Assembly (NCBI GenBank): GCA_019429105.1
Contig: JAHYJE010000001.1
Span: 27,952-91,951 of the forward strand
DNA: 64,000 nt
Source of the DNA: Syntrophobacterales bacterium
GTDB lineage: Bacteria; Desulfobacterota; Syntrophia; Syntrophales; UBA5619
Reading direction: 5' to 3'
Shown here piece by piece: positions 8,080 to 18,111 of this stretch. The position numbers were made by a program, and so were the translations under genes. Positions within the stretch are counted from its first letter, which is position 1. Each line of letters opens with the position of its first letter. The notes below the pieces were generated by a model that made no database searches, had not been told where the DNA came from, and worked only from the letters and a program-made list of their open reading frames with translations.

Positions 8080-8907
8080 ATGCAGGCTCTCTTCACATTA
8101 ACATCTTCGGAAGCAAAAAGGCTGATTGGCAAGGCGGTTGCAGCTCTGCCGGAAATTCAGCAGGCGAAAGGAAACGGGTATCTTGTTGTCTCCCGCGGTT
8201 CGACAAACGCCTTCATCCTCGAAGAACTGCTCGGGGAAAAAATCGCAAAGGAACGATACGCGGCAGGGATGGTTATAAAGGGGGTGCTTTGCGTTCTGGG
8301 ACAGGGGCTGCGAACAAAACCCGTCGTCTTTCATAAAGGTGAAATACTGAACGTGGACCCGGGCGCCGTTATAGAAAAGATGACCCCCGGCGATCTCCTC
8401 TTGAAAGGAGCCAATGCGGTCGATCCCTACGGGAATGTCGGCGTTGCGATGGCGGGCAAGGGAGGTGGGACGATGGGGCAGTTTTACATGGCGCTGAAGG
8501 CGATGGGTGTGGAAACGATCTACCCGGTCGGCCTGGAGAAGCTTATCCCCTCGGTGCCCGAAGCGGCCAAATACGGAGGAACGCTGAACCTGGATAAATC
8601 CATAGGCGCCGTTGTCGGCATGGCCTGCGTCTCCGACAGTCGCATCTTTACCGAAATCGAAGCGCTCGATTCTCTCTTCGGCGTCGAGGCGATTCCTTTT
8701 GCCGCCGGCGGATGGGGGGGAGCAGAAGGCGCCGTTACGCTGATTGTCGAAGGGACCGATGATGACGTAAACGCCTGCATGGAGTTCATAAGCGGCATCA
8801 AAGGAGAGCCGCCGCTTGCCGCCGTCAAGGGGGCCTGCAAGGATTGCGGCATAAAGTGCAGCTTTGCCGGTCTCGCAGACGATAAACTGCCTTCCTGGTT
8901 GAGATAA
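8080..8907 (+). CDS. Conserved-looking hypothetical protein with a Cys-rich tail (CKDCGIKC)
   Basis: 275-aa ORF with RBS aaggagg. I do not recognise a family. Confidence 0.5.
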   Translation: MQALFTLTSSEAKRLIGKAVAALPEIQQAKGNGYLVVSRGSTNAFILEELLGEKIAKERYAAGMVIKGVLCVLGQGLRTKPVVFHKGEILNVDPGAVIEKMTPGDLLLKGANAVDPYGNVGVAMAGKGGGTMGQFYMALKAMGVETIYPVGLEKLIPSVPEAAKYGGTLNLDKSIGAVVGMACVSDSRIFTEIEALDSLFGVEAIPFAAGGWGGAEGAVTLIVEGTDDDVNACMEFISGIKGEPPLAAVKGACKDCGIKCSFAGLADDKLPSWLR

Positions 8908-8922
8908 GGAAAGAACAACACA

Positions 8923-9711
8923 ATGGGATCCTTTAAGGTCGCCACCTACAACGTTAACTCCATCAGGAGCCGTCTGCACATTGTCATTCCGTGGCTCCGG
9001 GAAAATTCTCCCGACGTCTTGTGCATGCAGGAAACGAAGGTGGCAGACAGCCAGTTTCCCGTTTCCGCCTTTGAGGAGGCTGGCTACCAGGTGGTCTTCC
9101 GGGGCGCCAAAAGGTACAACGGCGTTGCTATCGCCTCCCGAATCCCTCCCGACGAGGTCATTCATGGCCTTGGCGATGACGGCCCCCCGGACGACGACCG
9201 GCTGGTCGCCGCCCGCTTTTCCGGGATTGTCGTCGTAAATTCCTACGTCCCGCAGGGCCGGGAAAAGGAATCCGTCCATTTCCGCTACAAGCTGGAATGG
9301 TTCAAACGGCTGGGAATTTTTTTTAACCGCCGCTGGTCGCCGGATACTCCGCTTCTCTGGTGCGGCGATTTGAACGTTGCCCCTGAGGATATCGACGTTC
9401 ACGATCCCAAGCGGCTTCTCGGCCATGTCTGCTTCACCCCCGAGGTATGGGAGGCGTACGGCGCCGTCCGGTCGTGGGGGCTGGAAGACATTTACAGACG
9501 ACATCATCCCGGCGAGGCGGGCCGCTACACCTTCTTCGATTATCGGGTACCGAACGCAGTGCAACGCGGTCTGGGCTGGCGGATAGACCAAATTCTCGCT
9601 ACCTCGCAGCTTGCCGCCCGTTCACTTTCCTGTGAGATAGACCTGAGTCCCCGCACCGCCGAAAAACCCTCCGACCACACGATCCTGGTGGCGGAATTTG
9701 CAAAAACATAG
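8923..9711 (+). CDS. xthA: Exodeoxyribonuclease III
   Basis: 262 aa. [27 protein letters not shown] and [10 protein letters not shown] motifs. Confidence 0.9.
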   Translation: MGSFKVATYNVNSIRSRLHIVIPWLRENSPDVLCMQETKVADSQFPVSAFEEAGYQVVFRGAKRYNGVAIASRIPPDEVIHGLGDDGPPDDDRLVAARFSGIVVVNSYVPQGREKESVHFRYKLEWFKRLGIFFNRRWSPDTPLLWCGDLNVAPEDIDVHDPKRLLGHVCFTPEVWEAYGAVRSWGLEDIYRRHHPGEAGRYTFFDYRVPNAVQRGLGWRIDQILATSQLAARSLSCEIDLSPRTAEKPSDHTILVAEFAKT

Positions 9712-9720
9712 GAACGGCTA

Positions 9721-10236
9721 ATGGACAATATTGATATCCTGAATATGAATAACGAAATAGCCATCAAATTCAGTAAATTGGAGAAGGATATCGTTGCCTG
9801 TGAAGGGCTCGGGGAGCTCTTCGCAAAACTGGTTTTCGACAGCGCCGCGGCCTTCGACATACCGGCCGTCTGGATATCGCTTTTGCGCCTCCCCGAAACC
9901 TGGCCGATCGTCTATGCCCTGAATAACGAACCGGCGCTGAAAGACCGCCTGAACGTGATCGAACAGGCGTCTTTTTCCGAGCTCTGTCCGGAGGGTCCCA
10001 CCCCTCTGCTTGCCTTTGCCGATGTCAGGGCCTTCTATCGCCTGATGCCGCCCAGGTTGAAGTTCATCATCCGCTCCATCGCCGTGGCGCCGATCAATTT
10101 GCACGGCTATACAATCGGAAGCATCAACCACGGGGATCCGTCCCCGGAACGCTACCATCCCGGCATGGATACCACGATGCTCGAACAGCTTATGGCCGTA
10201 TTTTCACAGAGGCTTTCCGAACTCCTCATGCGGTAA
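9721..10236 (+). CDS. DUF484-like (GAF-fold) protein
   Basis: 171 aa. Only a weak resemblance to the DUF484/YigA family. Confidence 0.4.
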   Translation: MDNIDILNMNNEIAIKFSKLEKDIVACEGLGELFAKLVFDSAAAFDIPAVWISLLRLPETWPIVYALNNEPALKDRLNVIEQASFSELCPEGPTPLLAFADVRAFYRLMPPRLKFIIRSIAVAPINLHGYTIGSINHGDPSPERYHPGMDTTMLEQLMAVFSQRLSELLMR

Positions 10237-10261
10237 ATTAACATCAATCCCAGGAAACTAA

Positions 10262-12352
10262 ATGCCCCCAAAAACAGACAACAGAAACACCCCGCAAAAA
10301 AAGCCGGTTTTTCACTCCAGAAAACGTCGGGAAGAGTCCTCCCGCCGTTTGGGCCATGAAAGGCCGCATCCCCGGATGAAACCGGAGGCAGAGCCGCTTT
10401 TGAAACCTATCTTTGCCAAAATAGGCAAGCCCCCTGCCGCCGAATTCCGCCCCGACCCCTTTCAACGGGAGGCAATCGAGGCGATCCGGGAGGCGGACTG
10501 CCTCGTTGCCGCCCCGACCGGCTCCGGAAAAACATGGATCGCCACCGAGGCGATGCGCACCGTGTTCGCAAACGGCCGCCGCTCCTGGTACGCCTCCCCT
10601 TTGAAGGCGCTCAGCAATTCCAAATGGGTGGAATTCGGCGAGCTTTTCGGAATGGAAAACGTCGGGATCGTAACCGGCGATACCAAGGAAAATACCGCCG
10701 CCCCCGTTATTGTCGGCACCACCGAAATACTGCGCAACCAGCTCTACGACGCAATGCACAGCGGGAAGGACCTCAATTTCGACCTCGTCATCCTCGATGA
10801 GGCCCATTTCCTCGGCGATCGCGACCGGGGGGTCGTCTGGGAAGAGATCATGATCTACCTTCCTTCGCGCATCAACCTGTTATTGCTTTCCGCAACGATC
10901 GGCAACGCTGAAGAAATAGCCGGCTGGCTGTCCTCCATCAGAAACAAACCCTGTCGCGTGATCCGGGAGGTCAAGCGGCCGGTTCCGCTCTATCCTCTTT
11001 TTCTGCACCCCTCCGGCCGTCTGATGCCGCTCATCGAGGGAAATCGACTTTTCGCCAAGATCGATGAATTCGTCAACCAGCGCCATGGACGTTGGGGGCG
11101 GGGTCTGCCGAGTTTTGGCGAGATGCTGGAGGTGCTCGAACATCACCATCTGTTGCCGGCGATATTTTTCCTTAAATCACGTTCCGAATGTGACGCCGCC
11201 CTCGCAATGTGTTCCCCCGCGACCGACTCGTCCGCTGATTTCGAGCGCGACCTCGCCGCCAGTCTTGAGGGCGCTCCCTACCTTCAGAACCATCAACAGC
11301 TCCATGAGCTCAAAACGGCCCGCGTCGCCGCCCATCATGGCGGGCAGCTCCCCGCCTGGAAATTTTTTGTCGAAACAATGATGAAAAACGGTCACCTGCG
11401 GGCGATTTTTGCGACATCAACGGTCGCCGCAGGGGTAAATTTCCCCGCCCGGACGATTGTCCTGCTGAACTCTGACCTCTTCAACGGCAGCGAGTTTTCC
11501 CCGCTGAGCGGCACGGAATTTCACCAGATGACCGGGCGGGCCGGAAGGCGCGGCCAGGACCGAATCGGCTTCATGCTGACCATTCCCGGACGCTTCATGG
11601 ACATGATCCACGTGCGCAAGCTACTCTTTCGCGAACCGGAGGCAATCGCAAGCCAGTTGCGCAGTGACTTCTCGATGGCTCTGAATCTGCTGCTTTCCCA
11701 GACGCCTGAGGACATTCGCAATATCTTTTCTCACTCCTTCGCCGCGTATCAGCGGAAACAGGGGAGAAAAGAACAAGGCGAACAAACTGATCTCTGGAGC
11801 GACTTCCAGCGCCACCTGAAGATGCTTAAGGATGAAGGGTTCGTCGGCGGCGATGAGCGCCTGACTGAAAACGGAGTCTGGGCCTCCAAATTGCGGCTCG
11901 ACCAACCGCTCTTGATCGCCGAATGCCTGCGGCAGGGAGTCCTGCCGCGGAACGACGTGTATCTCTTTGCCGCCGCCATTGCCCCGTTCGTCTATGATGG
12001 CGATCAGGAGGCAACGTTAATAAAAAAGGATCTCCCCGGCCGGCTGACCCGCGCCTGCAACCGTGTTTTCAAGGCCGTTTCGCCCCTCTCGGAACGTCTG
12101 AAGGAGCGCGATTTTCCTGTATCTACGCTGACGCTCTGGCCGGCGGTGATCATTTATGAATGGGCAATGGGCGGCGCCTGGGACAGAATAGTCAAGAGAA
12201 CGGGGATCGCCGAAGGAGACCTGGCGATGCTGATCCTGCGGACAGCCGACAACCTCCGCCAGTTGATGTCGCTGCGCGAGACACACCCGGAAATCGCGGC
12301 GCTCGCAGCGGGGGCAAGGGAGGCTATTCTCCGCGAACCGGTAATTTTTTAA
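10262..12352 (+). CDS. Ski2/HelY-like DEAD/DEAH-box (SF2) helicase
   Basis: 696 aa. APTGSGKT Walker A, ILDEAHFLGD, LSAT, HHGGQLP and MTGRAGRRGQD motifs. Confidence 0.85.
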   Translation: MPPKTDNRNTPQKKPVFHSRKRREESSRRLGHERPHPRMKPEAEPLLKPIFAKIGKPPAAEFRPDPFQREAIEAIREADCLVAAPTGSGKTWIATEAMRTVFANGRRSWYASPLKALSNSKWVEFGELFGMENVGIVTGDTKENTAAPVIVGTTEILRNQLYDAMHSGKDLNFDLVILDEAHFLGDRDRGVVWEEIMIYLPSRINLLLLSATIGNAEEIAGWLSSIRNKPCRVIREVKRPVPLYPLFLHPSGRLMPLIEGNRLFAKIDEFVNQRHGRWGRGLPSFGEMLEVLEHHHLLPAIFFLKSRSECDAALAMCSPATDSSADFERDLAASLEGAPYLQNHQQLHELKTARVAAHHGGQLPAWKFFVETMMKNGHLRAIFATSTVAAGVNFPARTIVLLNSDLFNGSEFSPLSGTEFHQMTGRAGRRGQDRIGFMLTIPGRFMDMIHVRKLLFREPEAIASQLRSDFSMALNLLLSQTPEDIRNIFSHSFAAYQRKQGRKEQGEQTDLWSDFQRHLKMLKDEGFVGGDERLTENGVWASKLRLDQPLLIAECLRQGVLPRNDVYLFAAAIAPFVYDGDQEATLIKKDLPGRLTRACNRVFKAVSPLSERLKERDFPVSTLTLWPAVIIYEWAMGGAWDRIVKRTGIAEGDLAMLILRTADNLRQLMSLRETHPEIAALAAGAREAILREPVIF

Positions 12353-12360
12353 TTTGTCGC

Positions 12361-12390
12361 TTGACATCTCCCTGAAGTGCATTGTATAAG
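12361..12390 (+). promoter_or_regulatory. Sigma-70-type promoter for tRNA-Glu
   Basis: TTGACA, 18-nt spacer, TATAAG. It lies about 65 nt upstream of the tRNA. Confidence 0.6.
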
Positions 12391-12457
12391 CCCCGCTTTC
12401 CGGACGGCTGCGGATGGTCGGGTTAAATTAATGAGACCAAGCCGATAAAGATAGATT

Positions 12458-12533
12458 GTCCCCATCGTCTAGAGGCCTAGGACATCAGCCTTTCACGCCG
12501 GTAACCGGGGTTCGAATCCCCGTGGGGACGCCA
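12458..12533 (+). tRNA. tRNA-Glu (anticodon UUC), CCA encoded
   Basis: Cloverleaf folded by hand: acceptor GTCCCCA/TGGGGAC, T-arm CGGGG-TTCGAAT-CCCCG, anticodon loop CTTTCAC. About 85% identical to the E. coli tRNA-Glu recalled from memory. There is one A-C mismatch in the anticodon stem. Confidence 0.9.
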
Positions 12534-12543
12534 ATATGTGCGG

Positions 12544-12572
12544 GGGGTTATAAACATAACCCCTCACCTTTT
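12544..12572 (+). terminator. Hairpin plus T-tract downstream of tRNA-Glu
   Basis: GGGGTTAT-aaac-ATAACCCC followed by tcaccTTTT. Confidence 0.5.
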
Positions 12573-12697
12573 CACCCGGACGCAAGTCCGGACGCAAAAC
12601 GCCCCCGAAGATGCCCTCTCCGGGGTTTTTTATCTCTTTGATTTTGCCGCTATCCAAAATGCAGTTCCGTAAGTCAAAAGAGAGGGCAGGCCCTGAC

Positions 12698-13627
12698 ATG
12701 AGAAAAACCTTACCGTCCATCATCCTCTTCCTTCTCATGTTCGTTCCCGGTGCCGATGCAGGCTTCCATGAGGAACTCCGCATGGAAAACAGCCATTTCG
12801 TCATCCGTTACACGGCGGGCGACGAAGGGCTTGCCGGGAAGCTGAAGCGCGAATCCCTCCGCATCCGGGAGAGGGTCATCGCTGATATCGGCAGGGATTT
12901 TACTGAAAAGACGGAGATACTTCTCTGCCCTACGCTGGAAACATTTCGGGAAGTCCAGCCGGGCGGGGCCTCGGTTCCGCTCTGGAGCATTGGGGTTGCC
13001 TATTTTGCGGAGAATGTCATTGTCCTGCTTTCGCCTCGGGCAATCAAGGGGAGCAGGATCGACCCCGTCGCTGTCTTTGCCCACGAGTTTAGCCACATAG
13101 CGCTGGGACGAGCCCTCGCGGGGGTGACTGTTCCGACGTGGCTGAACGAGGGACTGGCGATGTACGAGGCAAGGGAGTGGACCTTTTCCCGAACCTCTGT
13201 CCTGACAAGAGCCGCCCTGATGGGCCGGCTCATACCGCTGCGTACTCTCACCCTGTCGTTTCCCTCTGAGCAGGAGCCGGCAGAGCTGGCCTATGCGGAG
13301 GGCTTCATGTTTGTATCCTTTCTCATCAACAAGTTGGGGCAGGAGGCATTCCAGCGGCTGATCCGGGACTACACCCGCTACGGGGATCTGGAGGGGGCGC
13401 TCCGGCGGGGGACCGGAATGGACATCGCCACGCTGGAGGAACGTTGGTTAGTCTATCTGAAACTCCGCGTCTCCTGGATCCCGATCATCACGAGCGTTTC
13501 GACGTTCTGGTTCATTGCGGCGCTCATCTTCGTTTACGGGTACGCACGGAAAAAGCGACAGGCAAAACTGCGCCTGAAAGAAATGGAAGAGGAAGAGGAA
13601 TCAGAAGAGTGGCCTCCCGGCGGCTGA
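12698..13627 (+). CDS. Zinc metallopeptidase (peptidase MA-like, HExxH) with a signal peptide and a C-terminal TM segment plus acidic tail
   Basis: AHEFSHIAL motif. Start chosen at MRKTLPSIILFLLMFVPGADA. Confidence 0.65.
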   Translation: MRKTLPSIILFLLMFVPGADAGFHEELRMENSHFVIRYTAGDEGLAGKLKRESLRIRERVIADIGRDFTEKTEILLCPTLETFREVQPGGASVPLWSIGVAYFAENVIVLLSPRAIKGSRIDPVAVFAHEFSHIALGRALAGVTVPTWLNEGLAMYEAREWTFSRTSVLTRAALMGRLIPLRTLTLSFPSEQEPAELAYAEGFMFVSFLINKLGQEAFQRLIRDYTRYGDLEGALRRGTGMDIATLEERWLVYLKLRVSWIPIITSVSTFWFIAALIFVYGYARKKRQAKLRLKEMEEEEESEEWPPGG

Positions 13628-13647
13628 GCAACGAGCCTCAATTGCAG

Positions 13648-14013
13648 TTACTGCTCAATCTCCATGATCTTTATGCCCTTGCTCCAACCTGCTTTGCCAG
13701 TTCTGACATTTCTGCAGGACTGGCTATGCTGGAGCTGGAAGACAATCTTTCCCTGATATTCGCCATCCGGCTGAATCCTGTATCCGAGTATTGTTCCTCC
13801 ATAAAACGATGGCTCCTGACGCTTTTTGTGAAAATAGATTTTGCCGCCAACCAATTTTTTCGCTTGCTCATCAGCCACTCCCCACGAACCGCTTTCCCAT
13901 ACGTCGTCTTTCAGCTTTACAAAGTGATTCAACGGTTCAACCAAATGGATATTCATTTCACCCTCCTTCACAAACCGATACAAAAGCCAATGCCCGTCAT
14001 TTTCCTCCGTCAA
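13648..14013 (-). CDS. Hypothetical protein in a low-GC patch
   Basis: 121-aa ORF. An internal start at 13956 (MNIHLVEP) has a better RBS (aaggaggg). No family recognised. Confidence 0.45.
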   Translation of the reverse strand: MTEENDGHWLLYRFVKEGEMNIHLVEPLNHFVKLKDDVWESGSWGVADEQAKKLVGGKIYFHKKRQEPSFYGGTILGYRIQPDGEYQGKIVFQLQHSQSCRNVRTGKAGWSKGIKIMEIEQ

Positions 14014-14149
14014 AAAACGAAAAGCCCCGTCACATCATAAGAGACAGGGCCTGGAAGTCATTTTCACTTCCCTATTTGGGAAGCACTATTATTCAGCATT
14101 ATTAGCCAATCAGTATGTTGACTGAAGCGTACTCCCATTCTAAACAAAG

Positions 14150-14404
14150 TCAAGGAATATTATCCTCATCAGTGTCCTGATTCTTCAGGGGTAAATCTTG
14201 ATAGATATACAAAATTATTTCTTTAAAAGTTTCAGGCGCCATAACAACGCCCCAACCCTTCTGGGCTTGATAGATTCCATCGTATGCTGAATCGTGATAG
14301 CTCTTGATGCGATGAGGAATGTCTCGCTCGGCAAGAATGGAATCGAGAAGCTTTGCTTCAATTTCGTTATCCAAGATCAAAATCTTCTTAAACTGTTCCA
14401 TCAA
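14150..14404 (-). CDS. Small hypothetical protein (DUF2007-like?)
   Basis: 84-aa ORF in a low-GC patch. The family call is weak. Confidence 0.4.
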   Translation of the reverse strand: MMEQFKKILILDNEIEAKLLDSILAERDIPHRIKSYHDSAYDGIYQAQKGWGVVMAPETFKEIILYIYQDLPLKNQDTDEDNIP

Positions 14405-14633
14405 TAGCTCCGTCAGATTGCCATTGTTAGAGTATCGGCCGATTCACACAACGATTTGTTCATATCATTATTACAGTCCTTTCCGCAATTATTCTTTCTC
14501 TATTCTTTCGTTTTATGCTATTGGTGAGTCGGCAAGGTTTTAAGCGCCATGACAAAGTCGGAGAGCCAAGCGGCAAAAGTGAAAGCCATCAAGCTAAATT
14601 ATCGGGGGAAACAGGCCTGCTTGCCTAAAAAAT

Positions 14634-15644
14634 ATGACCAGCCTCTCTGAGATGCACAAACGCCTCGCGAGCGTCGCCGGGCTCCTCGTCTTCACCCTCT
14701 TGGCCGGAACAGCCGGATACAGAATCATCGAGGACTGGGCGCCTTTCGATGCGTTCTACATGACGGTGATCACCCTCGCCACAGTGGGCTACGGGGAAAC
14801 GCACCCCCTCACCCCCGCAGGCCGGGTTTTCACCTTGTTTCTTATCTTAAGCGGCGTGAGCATCGTCGCCTACGCGTTTTCGACGCTCACCTCCATCATC
14901 GTGGAGGGGCAGCTGTCCGTTGTGCTAAAAAGGAGGCGTATGGAGAGGGAAATCGCAAAGCTTTCCGGTCACTACATCGTTTGCGGCGCGAGCCATTCCG
15001 CTCGGGTGATCATGGATGAACTGGGAAAAACGGGGAGAACTTTCGTCGTGGTTGAACAGGACAGGGAGACCGCAGAGAGGCTAATCGCTGACGGCATCAA
15101 GGTTGTGGAAGGGGATGCGACGGAGGAGGAAACCCTGAAGCGCGCCGGGGTGATGAAGGCGACCGGAATCTTCGCTGTGCTGTCCACTGACCAGTACAAC
15201 GCCTTTTTGGCGCTAACCGCCAAGGGCCTCAATCCCAATATCCGGGTAGTCAGCACCCAGAGAGAGCTGACGGTGCGTCACCAGCTCCTGCGGAGCGGCG
15301 CCGACAATGTCATCAATCCCCAGTACATCGGCGGACTGCGCATGGTTTCCGAGATGGTCCGCCCGGCAACGGTCGGCTTTCTGGATGCCATGATGCGGGA
15401 ACGGAACAGCGTCGTCCGCTTCGATGAGGTTGCCGTCCCGGAAGGCTCTCCCTTTGTGGGAAGGCCAGTCCGCGACGTGAAGGGAGCCGAGGGCCATGCC
15501 CCCCTCCTTGTGGCGGTGTTGGAACAAGCGACAGGCAAGTACGATATCAATCCGGACTCCGAACGCCCCATCAAGGCAGGCGACCGGCTCGTCATGATCG
15601 GAGAGTCGGCGCAGCTCTTCGAGCTGAGGAAGCGTTTCGGCTAA
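14634..15644 (+). CDS. Potassium channel with a TrkA-N/RCK domain (MthK/Kch-like)
   Basis: Selectivity filter TLATVGYGE. Rossmann motif IVCGASHSA. TrkA-C-like C-terminus. Confidence 0.85.
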   Translation: MTSLSEMHKRLASVAGLLVFTLLAGTAGYRIIEDWAPFDAFYMTVITLATVGYGETHPLTPAGRVFTLFLILSGVSIVAYAFSTLTSIIVEGQLSVVLKRRRMEREIAKLSGHYIVCGASHSARVIMDELGKTGRTFVVVEQDRETAERLIADGIKVVEGDATEEETLKRAGVMKATGIFAVLSTDQYNAFLALTAKGLNPNIRVVSTQRELTVRHQLLRSGADNVINPQYIGGLRMVSEMVRPATVGFLDAMMRERNSVVRFDEVAVPEGSPFVGRPVRDVKGAEGHAPLLVAVLEQATGKYDINPDSERPIKAGDRLVMIGESAQLFELRKRFG

Positions 15645-15718
15645 AAAGGTGACAGATTAATTTTTATCTATACTTTGACCGTGAACAGGAAACGAAGAAA
15701 AAAGGACTGCGTGCCTCA

Positions 15719-16648
15719 ATGCTAAGAAGACGCAACACGAAGAAATTTCTGGTGGCGCTTTCCCTCTGTTTGGCCTTCGCGACAGGCTGCGACACGCTGG
15801 AAACAACGGCTCCGCCAAGGCCCCTTCAGGGAGAGGCTCTCAACATCGGGCTGCTTCCCGAACACAACATCTTCAAGCAGATCAGGCGATACGAACCCGT
15901 CACCAACTATCTGGCAAAAAAAACAGGCGTCCCTATCCGGCTGAGGGTTCTCACGTACCGCGGCAATGTCATCGAAAACTTCCAGTTTTTGAAACTCGAC
16001 GGCGCCTTTTTCGGGAGTTTCAGCTATTTGCTGGCACACGCGCAACTGGGCGTTACAGTCCTCGCCCGACCGGAATACCCCGACGGGACATCCTCTTATA
16101 ATGGGCTCATCTTCGTCCGGAAGGACAGCGGCATACGCACGGTCCGGCAGATGCAGGGGAAACGGCTCGCCTTGGTGGCACGGGCAACCACTGCCGGGTA
16201 TCTTTTCCCGTCGGTTTTCCTGAAGAGAGCAGGGGTCCGCAACCAAGCCGCCTTTTTCAAGGAAATCTACAATGCCGGAACCCATGAAGGAACGATCGAC
16301 GACATCCTCGATCGCAAGGCGGACGTCGGGGTATCGAAAAATACCGTCTATCAACGGTTCGCCGCGGAGAATCCGCGGGTACACCGTGAACTGTTGATCC
16401 TGGAAAAATCCGACGATGTGCCGGAAAATGCGTTGGCCCTGCGGCAGGGGATCGCAGACTCCTTGAAAAAAAAGCTTGTTGACGCGCTGCTTGCCATGCA
16501 CGCCGATCCGGAAGGGGCTAAAGTGCTCAAGGCCTTCGGGGCACGCCGATTCATCGTGACTACCGATGCCGACTACAAACCTGTAATGACATACGCGAGC
16601 GAACTGGGGATTGACCTCGCAGGCTTCAAATTTCCCGCAGAAGAATGA
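15719..16648 (+). CDS. PhnD-like periplasmic substrate-binding lipoprotein
   Basis: 309 aa. Lipobox LAFATGC. PhnD/PBP2 pattern. ATGA overlap with the kinase gene. Confidence 0.65.
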   Translation: MLRRRNTKKFLVALSLCLAFATGCDTLETTAPPRPLQGEALNIGLLPEHNIFKQIRRYEPVTNYLAKKTGVPIRLRVLTYRGNVIENFQFLKLDGAFFGSFSYLLAHAQLGVTVLARPEYPDGTSSYNGLIFVRKDSGIRTVRQMQGKRLALVARATTAGYLFPSVFLKRAGVRNQAAFFKEIYNAGTHEGTIDDILDRKADVGVSKNTVYQRFAAENPRVHRELLILEKSDDVPENALALRQGIADSLKKKLVDALLAMHADPEGAKVLKAFGARRFIVTTDADYKPVMTYASELGIDLAGFKFPAEE

Positions 16649-18111
16649 AGAAGCGAATACTTATTGGACTGGGGATCGGATCGCTCCTTTTCATGTTGCT
16701 CGGCGCCTACATCATCGTCACCGTCGAAAGGGCAACCTCGCGACTCGACCAACTGGTCCAATTGCATCAAGTCGAAATACTGCGGGAGCATCTGCTGCTG
16801 CAAATCAAACGGGTGCAGACCGACCTTGCCTGGCGCGGCACCCGCTACGCCAGTGGCGTCAACACCATCGTTGCACACGGCATCCAGATGGGAAAGATGG
16901 TCGACCGTTGCTTCCAATGCCACCACTCGCCGCAGGTCATGGAAGATCTGGTCGGCCTGAAGGGTCAAACGGAGCAATATGAGGACTTTCTGAGCCACGT
17001 TCTGACGCTCGACGCGAGCCGCGCCCGGCGGGAAGCGGAGCAGGACGAGGCTGTCCGGAGGGGCCGGGAACTGATCGCAAAGGTTAACGGCATCATCGCC
17101 TTGACGAGCAGAAACCTTGAGTCGAGCACCCGGGAGGTATTCCACCAGATCGCGATTACCAAAGCCATGCTCTTCATCCTGATCGCCATGGCCCCCCTCA
17201 TCCTGATGACCCTTGGTTTTCTCTTCGTTCGGGCGCTGACCAGCCCTTTGAACATCTTGCTGGCTGCCGTACGGCATCTGAAGGGCGGCTCTTTGGACCA
17301 TAGAATCGATGGTTTGAAGGACGAATTCGGAGAACTGGCGACCTCCTTCAACGAGATGGCGGGCTCACTCAAGGAGCAGATGCAGAAGATGCAGCGAACG
17401 GAGCAGATGGTGGTCGTGGGAGAGTTGGCGGCGGGGTTCGGTCACGAGGTCAGGAATCCCCTGGCGGGGATCAAGGCGGCGGTGAACCTGCTCTCGGAGG
17501 AATTGGTTCTGAACGAGGAGGACCGGGACATGTTCGCCCAGATTGTGGAGCAGGTAGGAAAGTTGGATACCCTGATGAAGGGCTTCCTGAACTTTACCAA
17601 ACCTCCCAAACCGCAATGGGAGATGGTGAGTATCAACGGAGTTATGGAAATGACCATTGATTTTTATCTGGTTTCGCACGGCCCTTCCTCGCCGGCATCC
17701 TGCGGTATTGACATACGAAAGAGCATGGGAGATTGTCTTCCCCAGACAATGGCCGATCCAGTCAAGTTGCAGCAGGTATTTTTGAATCTGTTCCTGAATG
17801 CGGGCGACGCAATGCCGCAGGGAGGAACCTTGGCGGTGAGAACTCGGTACGATGCGTCCAGTGATTCGATCTGCATCGATATCAAGGATACGGGCAGGGG
17901 GATCGAACCGGAGATGTCGGCGCGGATATTCAGCCCCTTCGTAACGACTAAAGCTAAAGGCACCGGGCTCGGACTGGCGATCTGCAAGCAGATCATCGAG
18001 CAGCACGGCGGCGCCATTTACGCACAGAACGATCCCGCGGGAGGCGCCCTCTTTTGCATCGTCCTGCCCGTCAGGAAAGGTGAGGAGGAGGTGCGGGCGA
18101 CATGGCAGTGA
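16645..18111 (+). CDS. Sensor histidine kinase with a CxxCH motif in the periplasmic domain, HAMP, HisKA and HATPase
   Basis: CFQCH at 16909..16923 lies between two TM segments. H-box FGHEVRNPLAG. G-boxes DTGRGI and GTGLGLAI. Confidence 0.85.
   Translation: MKKRILIGLGIGSLLFMLLGAYIIVTVERATSRLDQLVQLHQVEILREHLLLQIKRVQTDLAWRGTRYASGVNTIVAHGIQMGKMVDRCFQCHHSPQVMEDLVGLKGQTEQYEDFLSHVLTLDASRARREAEQDEAVRRGRELIAKVNGIIALTSRNLESSTREVFHQIAITKAMLFILIAMAPLILMTLGFLFVRALTSPLNILLAAVRHLKGGSLDHRIDGLKDEFGELATSFNEMAGSLKEQMQKMQRTEQMVVVGELAAGFGHEVRNPLAGIKAAVNLLSEELVLNEEDRDMFAQIVEQVGKLDTLMKGFLNFTKPPKPQWEMVSINGVMEMTIDFYLVSHGPSSPASCGIDIRKSMGDCLPQTMADPVKLQQVFLNLFLNAGDAMPQGGTLAVRTRYDASSDSICIDIKDTGRGIEPEMSARIFSPFVTTKAKGTGLGLAICKQIIEQHGGAIYAQNDPAGGALFCIVLPVRKGEEEVRATWQ

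Noticed and set aside
12458-14630. tRNA-Glu as an integration site for a genomic island or prophage.
   Set aside because: I found no integrase, no direct repeat of the tRNA 3' end and no phage genes. There is only a small low-GC patch 1.1 kb away.
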